Below, one piece after another: positions 17,864 through 25,106 of a stretch of 32,000 nt of DNA. The position numbers were made by a program, and so were the translations under genes. Position 1 is the stretch's first letter. Every line of letters begins with the position of its first letter. A model generated the notes under the pieces. It was not told the origin of the DNA and ran no database searches. It was given only the letters and a program-made list of their open reading frames with translations. Origin of the DNA: Nonlabens ponticola (lineage in GTDB: Bacteria > Bacteroidota > Bacteroidia > Flavobacteriales > Flavobacteriaceae); contig NZ_CP034549.1 of assembly GCF_003966335.1 (NCBI RefSeq), forward strand, positions 1,020,001 to 1,052,000. The letters run 5' to 3'.

Positions 17864-18264
17864 AGTACTTTGTTGACGTAAACATCATAATTGACCTATT
17901 TCTTACTCGTAAACCTTTTGTTGAGAATGCGGTTTTAATATTTGAAGCAGTCAAAAAAATAAATTGGACACTCTATACATCAGACAATGCTATAACAACT
18001 TCCTATTTCTATTTGAAAAAAGAGAATGGTGCGGTAGCTGCAAAAAAGACAATAGCCACTTTTTTGAGAGATATAGAGATTGTGCCTGTAAGTCGCGCGA
18101 TGTTGATAACCGCAAGTACAAGTAAAATCAACGACTTTGAAGATGCTGTCCAATTTGAATGTGCCGCATCCATTAAAGGCATCGACGGTATTATCACCAG
18201 AAATAAAAAGGATTTCAAGCATTCTACCATTCCAGTATTTGCGCCTGAAGAGGTTTTGTTTTAG
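17860..18264 (+). CDS. PIN-domain toxin (VapC-like ribonuclease)
   Basis: 134 aa with acidic residues at PIN-typical positions (YFVDVNIIID, FEDAVQ, ITRNKKDF). It is translationally coupled to the upstream small ORF. Confidence 0.7.
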   Translation: MKYFVDVNIIIDLFLTRKPFVENAVLIFEAVKKINWTLYTSDNAITTSYFYLKKENGAVAAKKTIATFLRDIEIVPVSRAMLITASTSKINDFEDAVQFECAASIKGIDGIITRNKKDFKHSTIPVFAPEEVLF

Positions 18265-18292
18265 AGTACATAGTATTTAGTACAAAGTACAA
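18265..18292 (+). repeat. heptanucleotide array AGTACAT AGTATTT AGTACAA AGTACAA
   Basis: Starts at the first base after the PIN gene stop codon. Four units of 7 nt. Confidence 0.65.
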
Positions 18293-18360
18293 AGACGCTT
18301 TTGAATACATTAGTTGCCTAGCACTTAACCAGGACCATTCAACTAATTTTGGTTATGTTT

Positions 18361-19263
18361 TTAATCACCAGTAAGTTCCTGAAACATCGTCTCAAGATTT
18401 TTGTTCCTCTTGTTTAAGGATAGAATCTTCAATTCATTATCGTGGGCAAAATCAAACACGCCGCTACGCTGGTCATCTTTGGTTTCAAAGATCAATCGGT
18501 AATTGAAGCCGTTCAGTTCTTTAACCTCACGCACCATAGGAATGCGTGCCAGCAATTCTGGTTCAACTTTGTAGTCAAATTCAACCTCGATTACTTGAGT
18601 GGCGTCGCTTTTTAGATTTTTCAAGTAATCGTCTGCGACAATCTTTCCCTTATTAATAATGATGACACGATCACACATTGCTTCAACTTCCTGCATGATG
18701 TGTGTACTCAATAAAATCGTTGTGCTTTCTGACACCTTGCGTATCAACTGTCTTATTTCCACTAGTTGGTTGGGATCCAGACCTGTGGTAGGCTCATCGA
18801 GGATAAGCACTTTTGGTTTGTGTAATAAAGCGTTAGCAAGTCCTACGCGTTGCTTGTAACCTTTAGAAAGCTCCTTGATTTTCTTGCCTTTATGAGAATC
18901 TAGACCAGTGAGTTCAATGACTTTTGTCACGCGATCCTTGAGTTGCTCAATGTTATATACACTGCCACTAAATTCTAGATACTCGCGCACATACATCTCT
19001 GGATATAGTGGGTTGTTCTCTGGCAAGTAGCCTATCGATTTCTGCACCTCTCGCGGCTCTTTGCTCACATCATGTCCATTGACCGTTGCCTCACCATCAT
19101 TTGCATTGAGATAAGTGGTCAAGATGCGCATCATGGTAGATTTGCCAGCGCCATTGGGTCCCAAAAAACCAACGATCTCACCAGATTTGATAGAAAAACT
19201 AACATTATCCAGTGCTTTTAGATTACCATAATACTTTGATAATTGATCAACTTTTATAGACAT
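18361..19263 (-). CDS. gldA: ABC transporter ATP-binding protein, GldA-like (gliding motility associated)
   Basis: Walker A GPNGAGKST, signature LSKGYKQR and Walker B LILDEPT. The N-terminus closely resembles Flavobacterium GldA as I recall it. The gene symbol is tentative. Confidence 0.65.
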   Translation of the reverse strand: MSIKVDQLSKYYGNLKALDNVSFSIKSGEIVGFLGPNGAGKSTMMRILTTYLNANDGEATVNGHDVSKEPREVQKSIGYLPENNPLYPEMYVREYLEFSGSVYNIEQLKDRVTKVIELTGLDSHKGKKIKELSKGYKQRVGLANALLHKPKVLILDEPTTGLDPNQLVEIRQLIRKVSESTTILLSTHIMQEVEAMCDRVIIINKGKIVADDYLKNLKSDATQVIEVEFDYKVEPELLARIPMVREVKELNGFNYRLIFETKDDQRSGVFDFAHDNELKILSLNKRNKNLETMFQELTGD

Positions 19264-19330
19264 AAGGTAAAGATAGGGATTGTTGGAATGTACAAATGAG
19301 TCAGATAGATGTTTAATAGGATTTTAAAAG

Positions 19331-19352
19331 TTACGCTTTCGCGAAAGCGTAA
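19331..19352. repeat. 22-bp perfect palindrome TTACGCTTTCGCGAAAGCGTAA, intergenic
   Basis: Read directly. It lies in the divergent region between the gldA-like gene and the phe leader. Confidence 0.95.
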
Positions 19353-19463
19353 TCGCCCAAAGCAGCATAACACGGTTTCTAAAACGTTGTAGTAAAATAA
19401 TTATTGAAAAACGCTGCATTTTGCTTGTGGTTCAAAATAAGAGGTTTACATTAGTCACTTATT

Positions 19464-19532
19464 ATGAATAACAATACTTATTTCTGGTACGGTTTCTACT
19501 TCTATTTTATGGAAGCGCGGACGGTATTGTAG
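19464..19532 (+). CDS. aromatic amino-acid operon leader peptide MNNNTYFWYGFYFYFMEARTVL
   Basis: 22 codons bounded by an in-frame TAG at 19452 and TAG at 19530. Nine of ten consecutive residues are F, W or Y. It is followed by the attenuator hairpin and then pheA. Confidence 0.75.
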   Translation: MNNNTYFWYGFYFYFMEARTVL

Positions 19533-19556
19533 AAATTCAAATTAATAATTTACAAT

Positions 19557-19585
19557 AAAGTCCTGATCCAGTCAGGACTTTTTTT
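19557..19585 (+). terminator. intrinsic terminator / attenuator of the phe-tyr operon leader
   Basis: Stem 19557-19566 pairs with 19572-19581 (AAAGTCCTGA / TCAGGACTTT), the loop is TCCAG, and the T-run extends to 19585. It ends 10 nt before the pheA ATG. An alternative pairing of 19519-19533 with 19549-19563 would sequester its 5' arm. Confidence 0.75.
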
Positions 19586-19595
19586 ATAGATCAAA

Positions 19596-20411
19596 ATGAA
19601 AGTAGCCATTCAAGGCATCGCAGGATCCTATCATCATCAAGCAGCAACAGCGCTGTTTGAAGAAGCCACCATGGTAGAATGCGACACCTTTGAACAGTTG
19701 GCACAATCAGTAGATCGTGGCGAGTCTCAGGCTGGTGTCATGGCGATAGGCAACTCTATTGCTGGTAGCATTTTACCAAATTATGGTTTGCTACAACAGT
19801 ACCAACTTGTGATTACGGCAGAGTATTTCTTACCCATAAATCATTGCCTCATGGCGATCGCAGGTCAAACGTTGAAAGATATTGAAGAGGTTCAATCGCA
19901 CCCAATGGCCTTATTGCAATGCAAGCCGTTTTTAAATGATCTAGAAAACACCAAGCTGGTAGAAACTGATGATACCGCAGCCGCAGTGATGAGAATAAAG
20001 CGGAACCACCTTAAAGGTGTCGCGGCCATAGCATCATCAATTGCAGCCAGCCTTTATGATCTTGAAATCATCGCACAAGACATTCAGGAAGAAAAGCTAA
20101 ATGCCACCAGATTTGTTGTAGTTGAAAAAGCCTCGCAACCTGAGACTGAAAACTCCAACAAAGCAACATTAAATTTTACGACCACACATGAGGCAGGAAG
20201 CTTGAGCCGAATCTTGAGTCTATTTGCGCGTAAAGGTCTCAATCTATCCAAAATTCAATCCATTCCTATTCCTGAGCAGCCATTTCTATTCAGTTTTGTA
20301 GTGGATGTGGAATTTGTTGAGCTACAAATGTTTAAAGATGCCGTGCGTGAGGTGAAATCTCTAACCAAAGAATTTAATATTATGGGAATCTATAAAGCTG
20401 CCACGCTATGA
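19596..20411 (+). CDS. pheA: prephenate dehydratase with C-terminal ACT domain
   Basis: N-terminal VAIQGIAGSYHHQAA. ACT region TTHEAGSLSRILSLFARKGLNLSKIQSIP. Confidence 0.85.
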   Translation: MKVAIQGIAGSYHHQAATALFEEATMVECDTFEQLAQSVDRGESQAGVMAIGNSIAGSILPNYGLLQQYQLVITAEYFLPINHCLMAIAGQTLKDIEEVQSHPMALLQCKPFLNDLENTKLVETDDTAAAVMRIKRNHLKGVAAIASSIAASLYDLEIIAQDIQEEKLNATRFVVVEKASQPETENSNKATLNFTTTHEAGSLSRILSLFARKGLNLSKIQSIPIPEQPFLFSFVVDVEFVELQMFKDAVREVKSLTKEFNIMGIYKAATL

Positions 20412-21571
20412 TCACACCAGCAGATAAATTAAATGAGGTTAAGGAATACTATTTTGCAACAAAATTGCGCGAGGTAAAGTCCTTAATCAATCAGGGCAAG
20501 CCTATTATCAATGCAGGTATAGGTAGTCCAGATTTGCAACCACCAGCGGCTGTAAATGAAGCGTTGATTGATGCATTAAACGATGAGAGAGCGCATCAAT
20601 ATCAAAGTTATCTGGGATTGCCCGAATTGCGAGAGGCGATGAGCAATTTTTATGCACGTCATTATAACGTCCGGTTAGATCCAGCAAGCGAGGTAATACC
20701 GCTCATGGGTAGTAAAGAAGGTATTCTGCATATTTCCATGTCTTTTCTCAATAAAGGTGATCAGGTGCTGGTTCCCAATCCAGGTTATCCTACCTACTCA
20801 AGTGCTACACGATTGTGTGAGGCAACGCCTATTTATTATAATTTGATAGATGAGAACGACTGGATGCCAGATCTTGAATCGTTGCAATCACAAGATTTGA
20901 GCAAGGTAAAAATCATGTGGGTCAACTATCCGCACATGCCTACCGGTGTGGCTGGTAGCTCTCAGGTTTTTGCACAGTTAATAGTCTTTTGCCAGAAGCA
21001 TGACATATTATTAGTCAATGACAATCCCTATAGCTTTTTGGGATACGATAAAAAAATCAGCATCCATCAGTTTACAAATTCAAGAAACGCACAGGTGCTT
21101 GAATTGAACTCGGTAAGTAAGACGTTTAACATGGCAGGCTGGCGTGTAGGTATGTTGACTGGTAACGCCACACTCATTAAAGAAGTCCTTAAAGTAAAAA
21201 CCAATATGGACAGTGGCATGTTTTATCCAGTTCAAAAAGGTGCGATCGCTGCTCTCAAGACTGAAGATGATTGGTACGCGACCCAATTAGAAATTTATAG
21301 AGAACGTAGATCAAAAATGGTTGAAGTTGCCAAAGCACTAGGTTGCGAACCCATAAAACAAGAAGGTGGATTGTTTGTTTTTTGCAAATTGCCTGTTGGT
21401 ATCGACGACAAGCAGTTTGTCGATGATTTACTTCATGAGCATGATATTTTCATTGCGCCAGGAAGCATTTTTGGCAGTAATGGAGCTCGCTACGTTCGTT
21501 TTTCCCTTTGCGTGAAAATTGAAGATATAGAAATCATGCTCGACAGAGTTTCAAAAAAAGTTCAAGCATGA
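20408..21571 (+). CDS. class I/II PLP aminotransferase (likely aromatic/prephenate aminotransferase)
   Basis: SVSKTFNMAGWRVG PLP-lysine motif and NPGYPTY. It overlaps pheA (ATGA) and tyrA. Confidence 0.8.
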   Translation: MITPADKLNEVKEYYFATKLREVKSLINQGKPIINAGIGSPDLQPPAAVNEALIDALNDERAHQYQSYLGLPELREAMSNFYARHYNVRLDPASEVIPLMGSKEGILHISMSFLNKGDQVLVPNPGYPTYSSATRLCEATPIYYNLIDENDWMPDLESLQSQDLSKVKIMWVNYPHMPTGVAGSSQVFAQLIVFCQKHDILLVNDNPYSFLGYDKKISIHQFTNSRNAQVLELNSVSKTFNMAGWRVGMLTGNATLIKEVLKVKTNMDSGMFYPVQKGAIAALKTEDDWYATQLEIYRERRSKMVEVAKALGCEPIKQEGGLFVFCKLPVGIDDKQFVDDLLHEHDIFIAPGSIFGSNGARYVRFSLCVKIEDIEIMLDRVSKKVQA

Positions 21572-22428
21572 AAAATGTATATCTGATAGGAGTAGGATTG
21601 ATAGGTGGCTCAATGTTGCTGGATTTGAGAGCTCATTATCCAGAAGCTGTCTTTTATGGAATCGATCATAATGATGATCATCTGGATCAAGCGATATCCT
21701 GCGGCGTTGTTGATCACAAAGCAACGATGGAAGATCTTATAAATGCAGATCTAGTCATCGTCTCAATTCCCGTAGATGCTACGGTCAATTTGCTTTCACA
21801 AGTTCTCGATAATATAAATGATGACAGTCTAGTCATGGATGTAGGATCGACTAAAGAGGCCATTTGCGCATCAGTAGCAAATCATAAAAACAGGCGACAA
21901 TACCTCGCTACACATCCTATTGCAGGAACTGAATTTTCTGGACCACAAGCAGCGATAAAAGATCTTTATAAAGGCAAGACCATGATCGTTTGCGAGGTGG
22001 AGAAAACCGCTTTTGCACAACAGGAATTAGGCAAAGGATTATTGGAAAAGCTGGGTATGCGAGTTAGATATATGACACCAGCAGCGCACGACAAGCACAT
22101 AGCATATGTGTCCCATTTATCGCATATTTCCAGTTTTATGCTGGGTAAAACCGTGATACAGGAAGAAGCTAACGAGCGCGATATTTTTGATCTCGCCGGT
22201 AGTGGATTTGAGAGCACTGTGCGATTGGCCAAGAGCTCGCCTGCCATGTGGACGCCTATCTTTGCACAAAATAAAGAGCACGTTATAGCTGGACTGGATG
22301 GTTATATTGATAATCTAGTTAGCTTTCGCGAAAGCTTAAAAAACGACAATCACACAGCCATTTATAACGAGATGGCGCAAACCAATAGAATTAAAACCAT
22401 ACTGAAAGGAATACAAAATGGAAAATAA
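21568..22428 (+). CDS. tyrA: prephenate dehydrogenase
   Basis: IGVGLIGGS Rossmann motif and HPIAGTEFSG catalytic region. Operon context supports the call. Confidence 0.85.
   Translation: MKNVYLIGVGLIGGSMLLDLRAHYPEAVFYGIDHNDDHLDQAISCGVVDHKATMEDLINADLVIVSIPVDATVNLLSQVLDNINDDSLVMDVGSTKEAICASVANHKNRRQYLATHPIAGTEFSGPQAAIKDLYKGKTMIVCEVEKTAFAQQELGKGLLEKLGMRVRYMTPAAHDKHIAYVSHLSHISSFMLGKTVIQEEANERDIFDLAGSGFESTVRLAKSSPAMWTPIFAQNKEHVIAGLDGYIDNLVSFRESLKNDNHTAIYNEMAQTNRIKTILKGIQNGK
22321..22336. repeat. 16-bp perfect palindrome AGCTTTCGCGAAAGCT, inside tyrA
   Basis: Read directly. Translated as S-F-R-E-S (second frame). Confidence 0.95.
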
Positions 22429-23500
22429 GAAAGAACACAGAGCGTGGCTGGATGCCCATAACCTAGATCACCCATTAGTCATCGCAGGCCCTTGCAGCGC
22501 CGAGACAGAAGAGCAAGTACTCAAGATCGCACATGAATTAAAGGATAGTGATACGACTTATTTCAGGGCAGGAATCTGGAAGCCTAGAACACGACCGGGA
22601 AACTTTGAAGGAGTAGGCGCTATAGGTCTCAAATGGCTGCAACGCGCCAAAGAAGAAACTGGACTATTAACTACTACTGAGGTAGCCAACAAAGCTCACG
22701 TTGATCTAGCACTAGAGCATGATATAGATATGTTATGGATAGGTGCACGATCAACGGTAAGTCCATTTATTGTTCAAGAAATCGCAGATGCCTTACAGGG
22801 TACCGACAAGGTAGTATTAGTCAAGAATCCAGTAAATCCAGATCTTGCATTATGGATAGGAGCGCTAGAGCGTTTGCACACAGCTGGAATTAAGAATCTA
22901 GGAGTGATCCATCGAGGATTTTCTACCTATGATAAATCAAAATACCGCAACAACCCAGAATGGCAGATTGCGGTAGATTTCCAGACACGTTTTCCTGATA
23001 TTCCGCTTATTTGCGACCCATCACATATTACCGGTAAGAGAGATATGATACTGGATGTTTCACAAACAGCACTCGACTTGAACTACGATGGATTGATGAT
23101 AGAAACCCATTTTGATCCAGAGAACGCATGGAGTGATGCCGCACAGCAAGTGACGCCAGCCAGTCTGATCCAGATCACTAAAGACCTGAAGATTAGAAAA
23201 GAAATGGATGACGAGGCTGGATACCAGCAAAAACTAGGTCAATTGCGCGCACAAATCGATGTAATCGACAATACGTTGATTGAGACCATGGGTAAACGCA
23301 TGAAAACTGCAGACTCCATTGGTGAGCTCAAAAAATCTAGAAACGTGGCTGTGCTTCAATCAAAAAGATGGAATGAAATTCTAGGCAAGATGATTCTTCT
23401 AGGTGAGGAGCAAGGATTGAGCGAGGAATTCATTTTGAGAGTCTTCAAAGCCGTGCACCAAGAATCGATCAACCATCAAGAAAGAGTAATTAAGGGGTAA
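22418..23500 (+). CDS. bifunctional 3-deoxy-7-phosphoheptulonate (DAHP) synthase / chorismate mutase
   Basis: An N-terminal type I-beta DAHPS-like domain (GPCSAE, IWKPRT, CDPSH) plus a C-terminal AroQ-type chorismate mutase segment (LRAQIDVIDNTLIETMGKRM...). Confidence 0.8.
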   Translation: MENKKEHRAWLDAHNLDHPLVIAGPCSAETEEQVLKIAHELKDSDTTYFRAGIWKPRTRPGNFEGVGAIGLKWLQRAKEETGLLTTTEVANKAHVDLALEHDIDMLWIGARSTVSPFIVQEIADALQGTDKVVLVKNPVNPDLALWIGALERLHTAGIKNLGVIHRGFSTYDKSKYRNNPEWQIAVDFQTRFPDIPLICDPSHITGKRDMILDVSQTALDLNYDGLMIETHFDPENAWSDAAQQVTPASLIQITKDLKIRKEMDDEAGYQQKLGQLRAQIDVIDNTLIETMGKRMKTADSIGELKKSRNVAVLQSKRWNEILGKMILLGEEQGLSEEFILRVFKAVHQESINHQERVIKG

Positions 23501-23553
23501 TTCCATTAGTTTTGTAATATGAGAAATTTCATTTGGTGTAGTAAAAACGATCT

Positions 23554-24558
23554 ATGACTGGAACCGTCTATCGATCCACAGGAAGCTGGTATGAGGTAAA
23601 AGGCACTGATGGTGCTTTTTACTCTTGTAGGATAAAGGGTAAATTCCGTTTGCAGGGTATCAAGAGTACTAATCCTGTTGCGGTAGGTGATCAGGTAGAT
23701 TTTGAGATTGAGAAAAAGGGTGATGAAGAGATAGGAATCATCAATGAGATTCACGAGCGTGATAATTACATCGTGCGCAAATCAGTCAACCTATCCAAGC
23801 AAACGCATATAATCGCTGCAAATGTCGATCAGGTTTTTTTACTGGTTACGCTTAATAATCCACCGACGTTTACCTCATTTATTGATCGGTTTCTGGTGAC
23901 TGCCGAGGCCTATCACATTCCTGCTGTCCTTGTTTTCAATAAAGTAGATACCTATGACGATAGTCAAGATCAGGTAGCTATTGATCCAGAAACTGGTGAA
24001 GAAATGCTCACCATGACCGAGCTTGATGAGGTGCGTTACCTCATGAGTTTATATAAATCCATAGGATATGACTGTATTGCGATAAGCGCGGCAACGGGTA
24101 AAAATGTGGATCAAATTAAAGAGAAGATGACTGGTAAAACCAGCATGTTTTCTGGTCACAGTGGTGCAGGAAAAAGCACGTTGGCAAATGCCGTCCAGCC
24201 AGGTCTGGAGCTCAAAACAAAAGAAATATCAGACCAGCACAAGCAAGGGCAGCATACCACCACATTTGCAGAGATGTTTGATCTTGATTTTGACGCCCGA
24301 TTGATCGATACGCCTGGTATCAAAGGATTTGGTGTAGTCGACATGGAAAGGGAAGAGATAGGCGATTATTTTCCAGAGATCTTTGAACTCAAATCTCAAT
24401 GTAAATTCCATAATTGCCTGCACATTGAGGAGCCTAAATGCGCCATCAAGCAAGCGGTTGAAGAAGGCGCCATTGCCGCTTCACGTTATGAAAGCTATGT
24501 TCAAATAGTCCAAGGTGATGAGGAAAATTATAGACAGGACAAACACGTGCCTAAATGA
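23554..24558 (+). CDS. rsgA: ribosome small-subunit-dependent GTPase A
   Basis: Circularly permuted GTPase order (NKVD before GHSGAGKSTL and DTPG) with a C-terminal zinc knuckle CKFHNCLHIEEPKC. Confidence 0.85.
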   Translation: MTGTVYRSTGSWYEVKGTDGAFYSCRIKGKFRLQGIKSTNPVAVGDQVDFEIEKKGDEEIGIINEIHERDNYIVRKSVNLSKQTHIIAANVDQVFLLVTLNNPPTFTSFIDRFLVTAEAYHIPAVLVFNKVDTYDDSQDQVAIDPETGEEMLTMTELDEVRYLMSLYKSIGYDCIAISAATGKNVDQIKEKMTGKTSMFSGHSGAGKSTLANAVQPGLELKTKEISDQHKQGQHTTTFAEMFDLDFDARLIDTPGIKGFGVVDMEREEIGDYFPEIFELKSQCKFHNCLHIEEPKCAIKQAVEEGAIAASRYESYVQIVQGDEENYRQDKHVPK

Positions 24559-25037
24559 GAGCGATCGTTCAAAGAGTGAAAAATGCCAGCGTCAGTATAG
24601 ACGGTCAGATGAAAGGTCAAATTGATAAAGGCTTACTCATTTACCTGGGAATAACTCATGATGACACCCAAGATGATGCCGATTATCTAGTACGTAAAAT
24701 TCTGGGAATGCGAATTTTCAATGATGAAAACGCCGTTATGAATTTATCAATTGAGGACACTGATGGTGAGATTTTACTGATTTCTCAGTTCACACTTTAT
24801 GCACAAACGAGAAAAGGCAATCGACCTAGTTATGTCGCTGCTGCACGCCCAGAAGTCGCATTACCGTTATATAATTATGTTATTAGTCAGCTTTCGCGAA
24901 ACCTGCCTGCCCAAGTGCGGTCACGACAGGCAGGGCGTAACAAACCAATAGCTACAGGTACGTTTGGTGCAGATATGCAGGTAGCATCCACTAATGACGG
25001 GCCTGTGACAATAATTGTTGATTCTGTTTCTAAATAG
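24555..25037 (+). CDS. dtd: D-aminoacyl-tRNA deacylase carrying an in-frame repeat-derived insertion
   Basis: MRAIVQRV, SQFTL, GNRPS, FGADMQV and NDGPVT motifs. It is 160 aa versus about 145-150 aa for typical Dtd. The extra segment coincides with the 59-bp element. Confidence 0.85.
   Translation: MRAIVQRVKNASVSIDGQMKGQIDKGLLIYLGITHDDTQDDADYLVRKILGMRIFNDENAVMNLSIEDTDGEILLISQFTLYAQTRKGNRPSYVAAARPEVALPLYNYVISQLSRNLPAQVRSRQAGRNKPIATGTFGADMQVASTNDGPVTIIVDSVSK
24890..24948 (+). repeat. 59-bp composite palindrome-hairpin element, copy B
   Basis: GCTTTCGCGAAA CCTGCCTG CCCAAGTGCGGTCACGA CAGGCAGG GCGTAACAAACCAA. Identical to the reverse complement of 14035-14093. Translated as LSRNLPAQVRSRQAGRNKP within dtd. 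Confidence 0.9.
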
Positions 25038-25106
25038 TTTTTGTGATATTGTTAAGACCCTAAGATAATTTTGTCTTAAAATAGATCCGTAGTATTTTAC
25101 GCACTT

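Noticed and set aside
23940-24010. Apparent extra acidic segment (DDSQDQVAIDPETGEEMLTMTE) in RsgA relative to what I remember of other RsgA proteins.
   Set aside because: I cannot verify the alignment from memory, and the segment is not related to any repeat in the window. It is left as unremarkable length variation.
25052-25079. Hairpin TTAAGAC-N14-GTCTTAA after dtd as an intrinsic terminator. A similar hairpin lies at 18309-18347 (ATTAGTTG-N23-CAACTAAT) after the PIN gene.
   Set aside because: Both have short AT-rich stems and large loops. The first has no U-tract, and the second has only a short 4-nt T-run at its 3' end (18347-18350). They could function, but the sequence alone does not support a confident call.
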